Origin: Clostridia bacterium
GTDB taxonomy: Bacteria > Bacillota > Clostridia > Oscillospirales > CAG-272
Assembly (NCBI GenBank): GCA_017428635.1
Contig: JAFRQK010000046.1
Location: 4,874 to 68,873 of the forward strand
Length of the DNA: 64,000 nucleotides
Reading direction: 5' to 3'
Both the position numbers and the translations under genes were made by a program. The notes beneath the pieces are model-generated. The model had not been told where the DNA came from and made no database searches. It worked only from the letters and a program-made list of their open reading frames with translations. Positions 28,030 through 38,510 of the stretch are shown here, one piece after another. The first letter of the stretch is position 1. The number at the start of each line of letters is the position of its first letter.

Positions 28030-28880
28030 CCGTCGACCTCCTCTTTTCTCTTTCTTCCCTCTTCGAGAAGCGTCTCGAGCGCTTCTTTGTCCTCTTTTTC
28101 GAGGGCGTCCTTATATTTTCCGAGTTCCACGAGAAAAGACTCTATCTCGGGGAGCAGATTATCTTTGTTCTCAATGAAAAGCTGCGCCCACATCGCGGGA
28201 TTCAGCCAGGCGACGCGCGTCATATCGCGGTAGCTGCCCGCAGAAAAGCCCTTGTGAGCGGCGGCGGTCGGGCTCTTGATATACGCGCTCGAGATGACGT
28301 GAGCCATCTGCGAGGTGAACGCTATGAGTTTATCGTGTTCTTCCGCCGTCGTGACGGAAAATCGCTTCATACCGAGCGGAGAGAGCGCTTTTTTTGCGCG
28401 GTCGAGGAGCGCCGGATCGTCGAACACCGGAGGTACGATCACGAACGGCGCGCCGCGGAACATATCCGCGTCCGAATATTTGAATCCGGAATTGTGCGTT
28501 CCCGCCATGGGGTGGCCGCCGACAAACGTGAAGCCGCTCTTTTCCGCCTCTTCGAAACCCGCGAGACAGACGTCTTTTTTCGTCCCGCAGAAGTCGATCA
28601 CGAGTTTGCCCGCAAGTTTTTTTGAGTTTTCACGAAGATATTTAACGGCGTCCGAGGGATAAAGAGCGATCAGGACGAGGCCGCATGAGGAAAGCGTCCC
28701 CTCGTCGAGTTCGCCGTCGATCGCGCCGGACAGCTCCGCGAATCCGAGAACGGCGCGGTCGCGGTCCGCGCCGTAGGTGCGCCAACCGGCTCTTTTGTAC
28801 GCTTTCGCGGCGGACCCTCCGATTAGACCGAGGCCGACTACGCCGACAGCGCCCGTTTTTTCTGTCTTTTCTTCACTCAT
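28026..28880 (-). CDS. tyrA: Prephenate dehydrogenase
   Basis: GVVGLGLIGGS Rossmann motif and a GGHPMAG catalytic region. Confidence 0.9.
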   Translation of the reverse strand: MSEEKTEKTGAVGVVGLGLIGGSAAKAYKRAGWRTYGADRDRAVLGFAELSGAIDGELDEGTLSSCGLVLIALYPSDAVKYLRENSKKLAGKLVIDFCGTKKDVCLAGFEEAEKSGFTFVGGHPMAGTHNSGFKYSDADMFRGAPFVIVPPVFDDPALLDRAKKALSPLGMKRFSVTTAEEHDKLIAFTSQMAHVISSAYIKSPTAAAHKGFSAGSYRDMTRVAWLNPAMWAQLFIENKDNLLPEIESFLVELGKYKDALEKEDKEALETLLEEGRKRKEEVDG

Positions 28881-29881
28881 TTTTGAAATATCTCTCTGAT
28901 ACCGGCGATCTTTCCGGCGACTCTGTCAAACTGCTCGGGAGTGAGCGACTGCGCGCCGTCGCAGAGCGCGTGCGGGGGATCGTTGTGGACTTCGATCATG
29001 ATCCCGTCCGCGCCGCACGCCGCAGCAGCCATAGCCATGGGCTCGACGAGGCGGTTGAGGCCCGTCGCGTGGCTCGGGTCGACGATCACGGGCAGGTGGG
29101 TCAGTTCGTGGAGCATCGGAACGGCTGATATGTCGAGCGTGTTTCTCGTGTACGTTTCGAACGTGCGGATGCCGCGCTCGCAGAGGATTATCTTGTCGTT
29201 GCCGCCCGCCATAATGTACTCCGCGCTCATGAGAAGCTCTTTCAGAGTATTGGCGAGTCCGCGTTTGAGAAGGATCGGGCGGTCAGTCTTTCCGAGTTCC
29301 TTGAGAAGCTCGAAATTCTGCATATTTCTCGCGCCGACCTGGATCAGATCGACGTCCTCGAAAAGAGGCAGATGGTTCGCGTTCATGATCTCGGTGACGA
29401 TCGGCAGACCCGTCTCTTTCTTCGCCTCGAGCAGCAGTTCGATGCCGTCCGCCTTCAGCCCCTGAAAATCGTAGGGAGAGGTGCGCGGCTTGAACGCGCC
29501 GCCCCGCAGGAGCGTCGCTCCGGACGCCTTGACCGCCTTCGCGACGGCGATTATCTGTTCTTCGCTCTCGACGGAACAGGGTCCCGCGATCACGGCGAAA
29601 TTACCGCCGCCGATCTTTACGCCGCCGACGTCGACGACCGTGTCCTCGGGGTGGAACTTCCTGCTGCACTGTTTATACGGCTCCGTAACTCTTTTTACGG
29701 ATTCGACGATGTCGAGAGAACCGATGAGGTCCATATCGACGTGCGAAGTGTCGCCTATAAGGCCGAGAACGGTGTAATCGCTTCCTTCGGAAACGTGGAC
29801 GTCAAGTCCCTGCTCTCTCAGCCAAACGATAAGTTGGTCTCTCTGCGCCTGAGACGTGCCCGGCTTCAATACCGTGATCAT
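28877..29881 (-). CDS. aroF: 3-deoxy-7-phosphoheptulonate (DAHP) synthase, type I-beta with N-terminal regulatory domain
   Basis: I place the start at ATG 29881 behind GGAGGAG (MITVLKPG...). The N-terminal domain is ferredoxin-like, followed by a KDO8P/DAHP I-beta core (GPCSVES...KPRTSPY...DPSH). Confidence 0.9.
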   Translation of the reverse strand: MITVLKPGTSQAQRDQLIVWLREQGLDVHVSEGSDYTVLGLIGDTSHVDMDLIGSLDIVESVKRVTEPYKQCSRKFHPEDTVVDVGGVKIGGGNFAVIAGPCSVESEEQIIAVAKAVKASGATLLRGGAFKPRTSPYDFQGLKADGIELLLEAKKETGLPIVTEIMNANHLPLFEDVDLIQVGARNMQNFELLKELGKTDRPILLKRGLANTLKELLMSAEYIMAGGNDKIILCERGIRTFETYTRNTLDISAVPMLHELTHLPVIVDPSHATGLNRLVEPMAMAAAACGADGIMIEVHNDPPHALCDGAQSLTPEQFDRVAGKIAGIREIFQK

Positions 29882-29894
29882 ATTTTCTCCTCCC

Positions 29895-29940
29895 AAAATG
29901 AAAACAGGAACCGCGTGCGGAAGTGACCGTGCGGCTCCTG
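29895..29940 (-). terminator. Leader (attenuator) terminator upstream of aroF
   Basis: Minus strand reads CAGGAGCCGC-16 nt-GCGGTTCCTG followed by TTTTCATTTT, ending about 14 nt before the aroF SD. Confidence 0.6.
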
Positions 29941-29990
29941 CTTGATCGTCTTATTTTACAATCCTGTTCCGACAGCAGCACAAATCACTA

Positions 29991-30050
29991 TTACCCGGTA
30001 AAGCGGTAATAGAAATAATAATATGCTGAAAATCGACCGGTAAGGATCAT
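29991..30050 (-). CDS. Putative 19-aa aromatic leader peptide MILTGRFSAYYYFYYRFTG
   Basis: ATG sits 7 nt after GGGAGG, and 8 of 19 codons are Tyr/Phe (YYYFYY run). It lies between the promoter and the leader terminator of the aromatic operon. Confidence 0.55.
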   Translation of the reverse strand: MILTGRFSAYYYFYYRFTG

Positions 30051-30089
30051 TTTTGCCTCCCGACGGGCGAACCCGTCCCTTCTCCGGTA

Positions 30090-30118
30090 ATTGTATCACC
30101 GGCAGTACGATTTGTCAA
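30090..30118 (-). promoter_or_regulatory. Putative sigma-A promoter of the aromatic operon leader
   Basis: Minus strand reads TTGACA-17 nt-TACAAT. Confidence 0.5.
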
Positions 30119-30128
30119 TAAGTTTTTG

Positions 30129-33089
30129 TCATTCGGTCCTCAGCGCCTCGACCGGATCCTTGCGCGCCGCGATCTTCGAGGGGATCTGACCCGCTATCAG
30201 AGTCAGAAGAACGCTGACGGCGATGAGGATGACCGCTCCGAGCAGCGGAAGCTGCGCGCTGAGCGAGGTTATGCCCGTAAGAGAGTGGATCACGATATTG
30301 ATCGGTACCGTCAGAAGGAGCGTAACGAGGATGCCGAAAACGCCCGCAAAGAACCCGACGATGACCGTCTCGGCGTTGAATACGCGGGAAACGTCCTTTT
30401 TAGACGCGCCGATGGCGCGGAGTATGCCGATCTCCTTCGTTCTTTCGAGAACGGAGACGTAGGTTATGATCCCGATCATGATCGACGAAACGACGAGCGA
30501 GATCGCAACGAACGCGATCAGCACGTACGTTATCGCGTTGATGACGGTCGAGACCGAAGACATGATCAGAGCGACGTAATCGGTGTACGTTATTTTGTCT
30601 TCGTCCCGTTCGGCTTTTTCATTGTATTCGTCAATGAGTTCGGAGACCTTGTCTTTATCCGCAAACCTGTCGGAAAACAGTTCGATCGTATCGGGGCTTT
30701 CCTTGTCAACGTAGCCCAGGATCTTCAGGTTGTCTTCATACGTTGACGAAGAGTATCTGTCCGGCATATACCTCTCGCCGTACGCTATCAGAACGTCGTC
30801 GGGCAGCGTATTGAGATCGATCGACGCGATTATCTGATCCATCGTCATCGAGCCCAGTTTTTTACCGACCTCCGCGGCGAATTCGGACGTGAGCGCCTGC
30901 TCCGTCATGGCGCGGAAAGTGTTTTTGATCTCTTCGTCGCTCATTTTCGAAAGATACTCTTTGACCGACTCGAGATCCGTAACGCCCATTCTCGCCGAGT
31001 ACGCTTCCGTAAGCGTCGCCTCTATCTGTTCCCGCGAATAGTTCTCAAGCATCGACGCGACAGCCGATTCAAGATACTCGCGTGACGGGATCGACATAAG
31101 CGCCGCGTATGCCGCCGCGCGCTCCGTATCGCCTAGTCCCTCAAGGAACTCTTTCACCGCAGCGACGGTCTCTTCCGCGTCGTCTCCGTCCTTTTTGAAC
31201 GGAAGACCGGTTATCGCATCCGTTTCGGGGTCTGAAAGCTGCGATCTGAGCAGTTCTTTTTCATTCGTCTTTTCTATGACGTAATCGGTGAGCGCGGAAG
31301 TGTAAAGGACGGTCGCCCCGCGCATAGAGGACATCCCGCTCTCTCCCGATCTGACGATACCGACGATGCGAAGCGGCGTCATCAGATCTTCGTTCCCGTA
31401 GAGGAACGAAAGACCCGTCTCCGTTTCTGTAAGGTCTACCCACGTGCCGTCTTCCTGCTTTGCGTATCTGTCGGGCAAAAGGACCATGTGGAATTCTCTC
31501 CCGATGATCTCGTCGTAGCCCCAGTCGGAGACGGAATCGGTCTCTACGGTCTCGCCTGCGACGGACGCCTCGACGATCTTTACCATTTCGGAAAAAGGCT
31601 TGAATCCGAGAGAGTAAAGAACGTAGTCGCTTATCCGGTCTTTACGGTCCACGACGAGAACGACCTCGTCGAATTTTTCGGGCCATTTACCGCTCAAAAG
31701 CTCGTATCCCGCCTTGACCGATCCGCTGACCGCCTCTCCGTCCTCTCCGGGCAGCATTTCAGCCCACGGGTCGAAGCCCGCCATGGACGTGTACATAGAC
31801 GAGGAATAAACGGAGCTCAACTCGTCCGAAGCGCCCATCTCCTTCATGACCGCTTCCATCAGCTCGTTCATATCCGAGGAGACTATCACTCCGTCCGGAT
31901 CTTTCGAATACACTTTGAGCCCGACGTCGTACCCGTACCTGATCGCGCTCGTATATTTTTTGAATTCTTCGTTCTCTTCGATATACTTCTTGAAAAGCGA
32001 GAGATCGTTCACTTCCGTTTTGACGGAGGCGAGAGAATTCGTCATATCGTAAAGGACGTTTCCGGAGAAAACGCGGTCGCCGCCGCTCTCTTCCCTCTGC
32101 TCGTCCGATACGGAACCGGCGCCCATCAGCGACGAGATAAGGCCCGACATATCGACGGACTCGGCGCGGATCGTGATCGGATATTCCGTGAGAGTGTCCT
32201 CCTGAACTTTGTTGATATATCTGTTCGTCCCGGTTGAAACGGCGAGGATCAGGGCGATGCCGATTATTCCTATCGAACCCGCAAACGCCGTCATGAACGT
32301 ACGGCCCTTTTTCGTGAGCAGGTTTTTCAGCGACAGGGACAGCGCGGTGCGAGGCGACATCGACGGCTTTTTCGAATTCTGCGCCTGTTCCTCCTGCCCG
32401 TCTCCGATCCCGTCGAACGGGTCGCTGTCGTCGGTCACTTTGCCGTCGAGCAGGCGGATGATGCGCGTCGAATAGTCGCGCGCGAGATCCGGGTTGTGCG
32501 TGACCATAACGACGAGACGGTCGGCGGAGATCTCTTTCAGGATCTCCATTATCTGCACGCTCGTTTCCGAGTCGAGCGCCCCGGTCGGCTCGTCGGCGAG
32601 TACGATATCCGGATCGTTGACGATGGCGCGGGCGATCGCTACGCGCTGCATCTGCCCGCCGGAAAGCTGATTCGGTTTTTTTCTGAGCTGGTCGGAGAGA
32701 CCGACGCGGCAGAGCGCATCCTGAGCTCTTTTTCTTCTTTCTTTTTTTGAAATGCCGGACAAAGTAAGGGAAAGCTCGACGTTTTCGAGGACCGTCTGAT
32801 GAGGGATAAGATTATAATTCTGAAAAACGAATCCGACGGAATGGTTGCGGTATGCGTTCCAGTCCGCCTCCGTGAACTTCTCGGTCGTTTTCCCCCGAAC
32901 GGTCAGAGTTCCCGCGTCGTAGCGGTCGAGCCCGCCGAGAATATTGAGAAGAGTCGTTTTGCCGCATCCGGAAGGTCCGAGGATCGACACGAACTCGTTT
33001 TTTCTGAAACCGACGGTGACGCCGTCAAGAGCGCGGATCCTCTCGTCTCCGAGACGGTATTCCTTTACTATCCCTTCAAGTTTTATCAT
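30129..33089 (-). CDS. Fused ABC ATPase / FtsX-type permease (MacB-like) with a very large periplasmic/extracellular region
   Basis: [11 protein letters not shown]...GPSGCGKTT...[14 protein letters not shown] at the N-terminus and four FtsX-like TM helices at the C-terminus. The track ORF begins 21 nt further upstream, at 33110. Confidence 0.85.
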   Translation of the reverse strand: MIKLEGIVKEYRLGDERIRALDGVTVGFRKNEFVSILGPSGCGKTTLLNILGGLDRYDAGTLTVRGKTTEKFTEADWNAYRNHSVGFVFQNYNLIPHQTVLENVELSLTLSGISKKERRKRAQDALCRVGLSDQLRKKPNQLSGGQMQRVAIARAIVNDPDIVLADEPTGALDSETSVQIMEILKEISADRLVVMVTHNPDLARDYSTRIIRLLDGKVTDDSDPFDGIGDGQEEQAQNSKKPSMSPRTALSLSLKNLLTKKGRTFMTAFAGSIGIIGIALILAVSTGTNRYINKVQEDTLTEYPITIRAESVDMSGLISSLMGAGSVSDEQREESGGDRVFSGNVLYDMTNSLASVKTEVNDLSLFKKYIEENEEFKKYTSAIRYGYDVGLKVYSKDPDGVIVSSDMNELMEAVMKEMGASDELSSVYSSSMYTSMAGFDPWAEMLPGEDGEAVSGSVKAGYELLSGKWPEKFDEVVLVVDRKDRISDYVLYSLGFKPFSEMVKIVEASVAGETVETDSVSDWGYDEIIGREFHMVLLPDRYAKQEDGTWVDLTETETGLSFLYGNEDLMTPLRIVGIVRSGESGMSSMRGATVLYTSALTDYVIEKTNEKELLRSQLSDPETDAITGLPFKKDGDDAEETVAAVKEFLEGLGDTERAAAYAALMSIPSREYLESAVASMLENYSREQIEATLTEAYSARMGVTDLESVKEYLSKMSDEEIKNTFRAMTEQALTSEFAAEVGKKLGSMTMDQIIASIDLNTLPDDVLIAYGERYMPDRYSSSTYEDNLKILGYVDKESPDTIELFSDRFADKDKVSELIDEYNEKAERDEDKITYTDYVALIMSSVSTVINAITYVLIAFVAISLVVSSIMIGIITYVSVLERTKEIGILRAIGASKKDVSRVFNAETVIVGFFAGVFGILVTLLLTVPINIVIHSLTGITSLSAQLPLLGAVILIAVSVLLTLIAGQIPSKIAARKDPVEALRTE

Positions 33090-33204
33090 TTCGGGTCCCC
33101 CCCTGCTCATTTACGGTCACGTTCTATTATACCCCGCCGAGGCCGATAGTCAATAGAAACGGGTAAATCTTAACAAACGGTTCATCCCGGGATCAGGGCC
33201 GATC

Positions 33205-33244
33205 CGAAAAAAGCCCCTGAACGGGCAAAAACCCGTTCAGGGGC
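33205..33244 (-). terminator. Intrinsic terminator after the E1 gene
   Basis: Minus strand reads GCCCCTGAACGGG-TTTTTG-CCCGTTCAGGGGCTTTTTT. Confidence 0.65.
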
Positions 33245-33260
33245 GAAAGACGTTTCGTGA

Positions 33261-35744
33261 TCAGACGCCTTTCTTGGAACGCTCGATGTGTTCAAGCTCC
33301 GTCTCGTTGTAGGTCGGAACTCTTCCCGGAAGCGGAAGGAGTTTCTCGCTGATGACGTCGACGATGCCCTCGGCCTGCGGGAAATAGAATTTCTCGAGTT
33401 CGAAAGCGGGAGTGATCCAGTTGCGGGATCCGAAGACGACCGGCGGCGCGTCGAGATAATCGAACGCCATCTCGGCGATGTTGGAAGCCATGTCGCGCAT
33501 TACGGAGTTGCGGTCGACGGCGTCGCCGACGATGATGATGCGTCCGGTCTTCTTGACGGACTCGATGACCTTCTCATAGTTGAACGGAACGATCGAGCGG
33601 GCGTCGATGATCTCCGCGGAAACGCCGTATTTCTCCTCGAGGATCTTCGCGGCGTCGAGCGCGCGGTAGAGGACCGCGCCGATCGAGAGGATGGTGACGT
33701 CGGAACCCGTCTTCTTGACGTCGGGATCGCCGAAGTCGACCTCGTAGTAATCGGTGGGAACGCCGCCCTCGTGGAACTGTTCGCCTACGTCGTAAATACG
33801 CTGGGACTCGAAGAAGACGACCGGGTCGGTGCCGTTGAGCGCCTGGTTCATGAGGCCCTTGGCGTCGTACGGAGTAGCCGGGAAGCAGACCTTGAGTCCG
33901 GGGATATGAGCGGTGAGAGCCGTCCAGTCCTGGCTATGCTGCGCGCCGTACTTGGAACCGACGGAAACGCGGAGCACGACGGGCATCTTGAGGATGCCTG
34001 CGGACATCGACTGCCACTTTGAAAGCTGGTTGAAGATCTCGTCTCCGGCGCAGCCGATGAAGTCCGCGTACATAAGCTCGACGATGGCGCGGCCGCCCGC
34101 CATGGCGTATCCGACGGCGGAACCGACGATCGCGGACTCGGAGATCGGAGCGTTGAAGAAACGGTGATACGGGAGCGCCTCGGTCAGACCGCGGTAGACG
34201 GCGAACGCGCCGCCCCAGTCGCGGTTGTCCTCACCGTAGGCGATCGTGGTGGGATCTTCGTAGAACTTGTCGATGATAGCCTCGAACAGACCGTCGCGCA
34301 GACCGAAGACCTTCATCTTCGGAACGGGTTTGCCGTCCGCGTCGAACGCATAGCGGGATTTGCCCGCGATCTGCTTGACTCTCGGGCTCTCTTCCTTCGG
34401 GATGAGTACTTCGGGCTTTCTGCTCTCGTCCATGCTCTTGACGTGGTTGTTCGAGTACATGATGGAGGAGATCATGTCGGGCTCGGCGGCGAGATCCATT
34501 CTCGGGGAGACCTCGTCGTTGATGGCGAGTTTGATGACCTCGACCATTCTCTCGATGATCGCCTCGTCGATGGCGTCGAACTCGGCGTTCGTCGCGACTC
34601 TCGCCTTGACGAGTTTTTCGCGGTAAGCCTTGATCGGGCAAGCCTCGCGCCACGCCTCGATCTCCTCGGCGGTACGGTAGGTGGAAGCGTCGGACGGGGA
34701 GTGACCCGAGACGCGGTAGGTAGCGACTTCGAGGAGAGCCGGGCCCTCTCCGCGGAGGAGCAGGTCGCGTTTCCTCGTCGTTGCCTCGATGACCGCGAGC
34801 GGATCGTAGCCGTTTACCTTCTCGGCGTGGAGCTGTGTCGGGGAGAATCCCGCCGCAAGACGCGCGGGGTTGCCGAAGCCCATGGTCTCGCCCATGGTCT
34901 GACCGCCCATTCCGTAGAAGTTGTTGAATACGTTGAAGAGGATCGGCATACCGCCGTTCGAGTACTTGCCGTCCATGCCCCAGAGTTTGGTGATCTGGTC
35001 CATCGCGGCGAAGTTCAGGCTCTCGAGAACGGGGCCGCGGCCGAGCGCGCCGTCGCCGGAGTTAGCCACGACGATGCCGGGCTTGCCGTTGCTTCTCTTG
35101 TAAAGAGCCGCGCCGAGCGCGATGGGAGCGGAACCGCCGACGATCGCGTTGTTCGGGAAGATACCGAACGGGATGAAGAACGCGTGCATCGAACCGCCGA
35201 GACCGCGGTTGAAGCCGGTCTTTCTCGCGAAGATCTCCGCGAGCGCCCCGTAGAGCAGGAAGTCTTTGGCGAGTTCTTTGACGTTGTCGGTCTTGAAGTT
35301 CTTCTCAACGACGCCGAGGATCGTGCCGCCGAGGAATTCCTTCATAATCGCGTAAAGCTCGTCCTCGGTGAGTTTGTTGATCGAAGAGAGACCTTTCGCG
35401 AGGATCTCGCCGTGGCTTCTGTGCGAACCGAACGTGAAGTCGTTGATGTCGAGGCAGTATGCCTGACCGACCGCGGACGCCTCCTGACCGATGGACAGGT
35501 GGGCGGGACCGGGGTTGTGATATTCGACGCCGCGGTATTCGCTCTTGACTTTGATCTCGTTGAGCATCGTCTCGAACTCGCGGATCGTTCTCATATCGTG
35601 GTAGATGCGGAGGAAGTCTTCTTTTTTATAATTGGCTTTCTCGTCTTTTATCGTTTTGTTGTAGGTGCAGAGTGGGATCTTTTCGAACTCGGCGTAACCG
35701 GGCTGAAATACCTTACCGGGATCTACGTATTGACTCTTAGGCAT
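33261..35744 (-). CDS. 2-oxoacid dehydrogenase E1 component, fused alpha-beta
   Basis: 827 aa with a TPP-binding alpha part (GDGALGRG...) followed by a transketolase-like beta part. Confidence 0.9.
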   Translation of the reverse strand: MPKSQYVDPGKVFQPGYAEFEKIPLCTYNKTIKDEKANYKKEDFLRIYHDMRTIREFETMLNEIKVKSEYRGVEYHNPGPAHLSIGQEASAVGQAYCLDINDFTFGSHRSHGEILAKGLSSINKLTEDELYAIMKEFLGGTILGVVEKNFKTDNVKELAKDFLLYGALAEIFARKTGFNRGLGGSMHAFFIPFGIFPNNAIVGGSAPIALGAALYKRSNGKPGIVVANSGDGALGRGPVLESLNFAAMDQITKLWGMDGKYSNGGMPILFNVFNNFYGMGGQTMGETMGFGNPARLAAGFSPTQLHAEKVNGYDPLAVIEATTRKRDLLLRGEGPALLEVATYRVSGHSPSDASTYRTAEEIEAWREACPIKAYREKLVKARVATNAEFDAIDEAIIERMVEVIKLAINDEVSPRMDLAAEPDMISSIMYSNNHVKSMDESRKPEVLIPKEESPRVKQIAGKSRYAFDADGKPVPKMKVFGLRDGLFEAIIDKFYEDPTTIAYGEDNRDWGGAFAVYRGLTEALPYHRFFNAPISESAIVGSAVGYAMAGGRAIVELMYADFIGCAGDEIFNQLSKWQSMSAGILKMPVVLRVSVGSKYGAQHSQDWTALTAHIPGLKVCFPATPYDAKGLMNQALNGTDPVVFFESQRIYDVGEQFHEGGVPTDYYEVDFGDPDVKKTGSDVTILSIGAVLYRALDAAKILEEKYGVSAEIIDARSIVPFNYEKVIESVKKTGRIIIVGDAVDRNSVMRDMASNIAEMAFDYLDAPPVVFGSRNWITPAFELEKFYFPQAEGIVDVISEKLLPLPGRVPTYNETELEHIERSKKGV

Positions 35745-35771
35745 TTTTTATATCTCCTTTTAATAATTATT

Positions 35772-37160
35772 TCAGTTTATCGAGAACATAGCCTCGCGGA
35801 TCGCCTCGCACACGCTGGGGTGCGGGAACACGAGACGGCGGACGTCGTCCACTCTCATCTCGCGGGCGACCATCGCGGCGGCGCCGTATATGATCTCGGA
35901 GGCGTAGGAGCCGATCATGTGGACGCCGAGTATATTCTTATGCGCTTTGCCGACGACGATCTTGACGATCCCGTCGCCTCCCTCGTTCTCCGCGACGTAT
36001 CTGCCGCTGTATCTGAGGGAAAGGGTGTGCTCTTCCGCGTCGATGCCTGCGCGCTTCGCGCTCTCGGCGGTCTCGCCTACCGAACCGACCTCGGGGTTCG
36101 TGTAGATGACGGAGGGGATGGAACGGTAGTCGACGCGGTCGGCCTTGCCGACCATATCGGCGACGGCGACCTCGCCCTCTCTGTACGCGGTGTGAGCGAG
36201 CATTATCCGTCCGTTGACGTCGCCCGCCGCCCAGATGCCGGGCACGGAAGTGCGGCATCTCTCGTCGGTCTTGATCGCGCCGCGCTCGGTGAGAACGCCG
36301 ACGGACTCCAGACCGATGTTCGCAGTGCGGGCGCGGCGGCCGGTCGAGACGAGGATCAGGTCGCAGTCGACTTTCTCCGTCTTGCCGCCCATCTCGTAGG
36401 TGACGGCGCCTTTGCCTTTCTTGCCGCTGACCGCGGTGACTTTCGCGCCGAGTTTGAACTCGACTCCGCGCTTTGCGTAGTTGTTCTGGAGGATCTTCGA
36501 GATCTCCGCGTCGGTCGGACCTGCGATCTTGTCGAGCATCTCGATGACCGTGACCTTCGAGCCGACGGAGTTGAAATACGAAGCCATTTCGAGGCCGATG
36601 ACGCCGCCGCCGATGACGACGATCGACTTCGGGATCTCGCGGATATCGAGGATCTCGCGGTTCGTTACCGCAAGCCCCTCGGGAACGGCCTCGCGCAGAC
36701 CGGTCACGGGCGGCACGACCGCTTCGGAACCGGTGCTGATAAGAAGTTTGGAGCCGGTGAACGTCTCGTCGCCCGAGACGACGGTAAAGCCGTCCGCGCT
36801 CTTACCCTTTATAACGCCCGTACCGCGGTGAACGGCGACGCCCGCGCCTTTCATCTTGGCGCCGACGCCTGAAACAAGCGTCTTGACTACGCGGTTCTTG
36901 CGGTCGACGACCTTCGAGTGGTCGAGCGACGCGCCCGTCACGGTGACGCCGTATTTGTCTCCGTGGTGAGCGTAGTCGAGGATCTTGGCGGAGTACAGGA
37001 ACGTCTTTGTCGGGATGCAGCCCTCGTTGAGGCACACGCCGCCGAGTTCCCTCTCCTCTATCACGAGCATTTTCATACCCTCGTGCGCGGCGCGCTCCGC
37101 CGCGTTGTAACCGGCGGGACCTCCGCCGAGTACGATCAGATCGAATTTGTTGTCAGCCAT
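35772..37160 (-). CDS. lpdA: Dihydrolipoyl dehydrogenase (E3)
   Basis: GGGPAGY FAD motif and redox disulfide GGVCLNEGCIPTK. Confidence 0.95.
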   Translation of the reverse strand: MADNKFDLIVLGGGPAGYNAAERAAHEGMKMLVIEERELGGVCLNEGCIPTKTFLYSAKILDYAHHGDKYGVTVTGASLDHSKVVDRKNRVVKTLVSGVGAKMKGAGVAVHRGTGVIKGKSADGFTVVSGDETFTGSKLLISTGSEAVVPPVTGLREAVPEGLAVTNREILDIREIPKSIVVIGGGVIGLEMASYFNSVGSKVTVIEMLDKIAGPTDAEISKILQNNYAKRGVEFKLGAKVTAVSGKKGKGAVTYEMGGKTEKVDCDLILVSTGRRARTANIGLESVGVLTERGAIKTDERCRTSVPGIWAAGDVNGRIMLAHTAYREGEVAVADMVGKADRVDYRSIPSVIYTNPEVGSVGETAESAKRAGIDAEEHTLSLRYSGRYVAENEGGDGIVKIVVGKAHKNILGVHMIGSYASEIIYGAAAMVAREMRVDDVRRLVFPHPSVCEAIREAMFSIN

Positions 37161-37169
37161 TCCCGCACC

Positions 37170-38477
37170 TCATTTCGCGAGGAGCAGATCGAAGGACTCG
37201 AGCGCCGCGCAGAGTTCTTTCAGGAACTTAGCGGCGGGAGCTCCGTCGACCGCTCTGTGGTCAAACGTGAGGGAAAGTCCCATCGCGGGATAGACAGTAC
37301 CGTCCGCTTTAAGACGGTTCGTGGTGCAGCAGACTCCGAGGATCGCCGTCTGCGGCGGATTGATGACGGGAGTGAAGCTCTCGACGCCGAGGGAACCGAG
37401 GTTCGTAACGGTGAAGGAGCCGCCGCTCATCTCGTCGGGCGACAGTTTGCCCTCGCGCGCGCCGCCCGCGAGCCGTTTGGCGTCCGCGGAGACTTCCGCG
37501 AGCGTCTTCTTTTCGGCGCAGGTGATGACGGGAACGAGAAGTCCTCTGTCCGTGTCGACGGCGCATCCGACGTTGGCGTGAGCGAAACGTCTGATCTTGC
37601 CGTCAACGAGATTCGCGTTGATATCCGGGAAGTTCGGGAGGATGCGGCCTACCGCGAAGAGGACCATATCGTTGATGGTGACCTTCGAAAGGCCCATTTC
37701 CTCTCCCTTCTCCTTGAGGAGTTTGCGGTACGCGAGAAGGCGGGTCGCGTCGAACGATGCGTTCAGCGTGAGCTGAGCCATCTCGGAGAGCGACGCGTGC
37801 ATCGACTTCGCGATCACGCGGCGTACGTTCGACATCGGGACCTCTTCGTAAGCGTATACGTCCGCGGAGGGAGCCGCAGCAGCGGGGGCCGCCGCCGGCG
37901 CTTCTGCCTCTTCTTTCTTTTCGGGGACGATACCGCGGAGGAAATCCTCGACCGCGGCGGTAGTGCCTGTCTTGCCCGCGTCGAGCGCGGCGTTGACGTC
38001 GCGTTCGATGATCCTGCCGTGAGGACCGGTCGGGGTGACGGCGGAGAGATCGACGCCGGTCTTGAGCGCGAGGTTCTTCGCGCGCGGGGAGATCCTCAGT
38101 CTGTCTCCCTCGACTTTAGTCGCTTCGGGAGCAGGAGCCGGTTCCGCTTTTCCGGCGGGAGCGGCCTCTTCCTTTTTGACTTCCTCTTTCTTTTCTTCCG
38201 CCGGAGCGGCTCCGCCGAGCAGAGAGGAGATATCCTCGCCCTCTTCGCCTATGATGCAGACGGGCGCGAGACAGTCGACCACGTCGCCCTCTTCCGCAAA
38301 GGTATGAAGGATCACGCCCGAAAACTGGGCGGGCTCGTCAAAGGCGGATTTATCAGTCTCGTAGGAGAAGATGATATCGCCCTCGTTCACACGGTCGCCT
38401 TTCTTCTTCTGCCACGTCGTGATGATACAGCTTTCGACGCTTTGCCCCTGACGGGGCATGATAACAAGATTAGCCAT
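37170..38477 (-). CDS. Dihydrolipoamide acyltransferase (E2)
   Basis: Lipoyl domain (YETDKSAFD), Ala/Pro linker, E3-binding domain, and a catalytic C-terminus with DHRAVDG. Confidence 0.9.
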   Translation of the reverse strand: MANLVIMPRQGQSVESCIITTWQKKKGDRVNEGDIIFSYETDKSAFDEPAQFSGVILHTFAEEGDVVDCLAPVCIIGEEGEDISSLLGGAAPAEEKKEEVKKEEAAPAGKAEPAPAPEATKVEGDRLRISPRAKNLALKTGVDLSAVTPTGPHGRIIERDVNAALDAGKTGTTAAVEDFLRGIVPEKKEEAEAPAAAPAAAAPSADVYAYEEVPMSNVRRVIAKSMHASLSEMAQLTLNASFDATRLLAYRKLLKEKGEEMGLSKVTINDMVLFAVGRILPNFPDINANLVDGKIRRFAHANVGCAVDTDRGLLVPVITCAEKKTLAEVSADAKRLAGGAREGKLSPDEMSGGSFTVTNLGSLGVESFTPVINPPQTAILGVCCTTNRLKADGTVYPAMGLSLTFDHRAVDGAPAAKFLKELCAALESFDLLLAK

Positions 38478-38510
38478 ATATATGTCCTTTCTTTAAAATA
38501 TTAAACGTTG

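Noticed and set aside
34164-36872. 902-aa ORF on the plus strand
   Set aside because: It is antisense to the E1 and E3 dehydrogenase genes and shows the same Arg/Asp/Gly-rich artefact composition.
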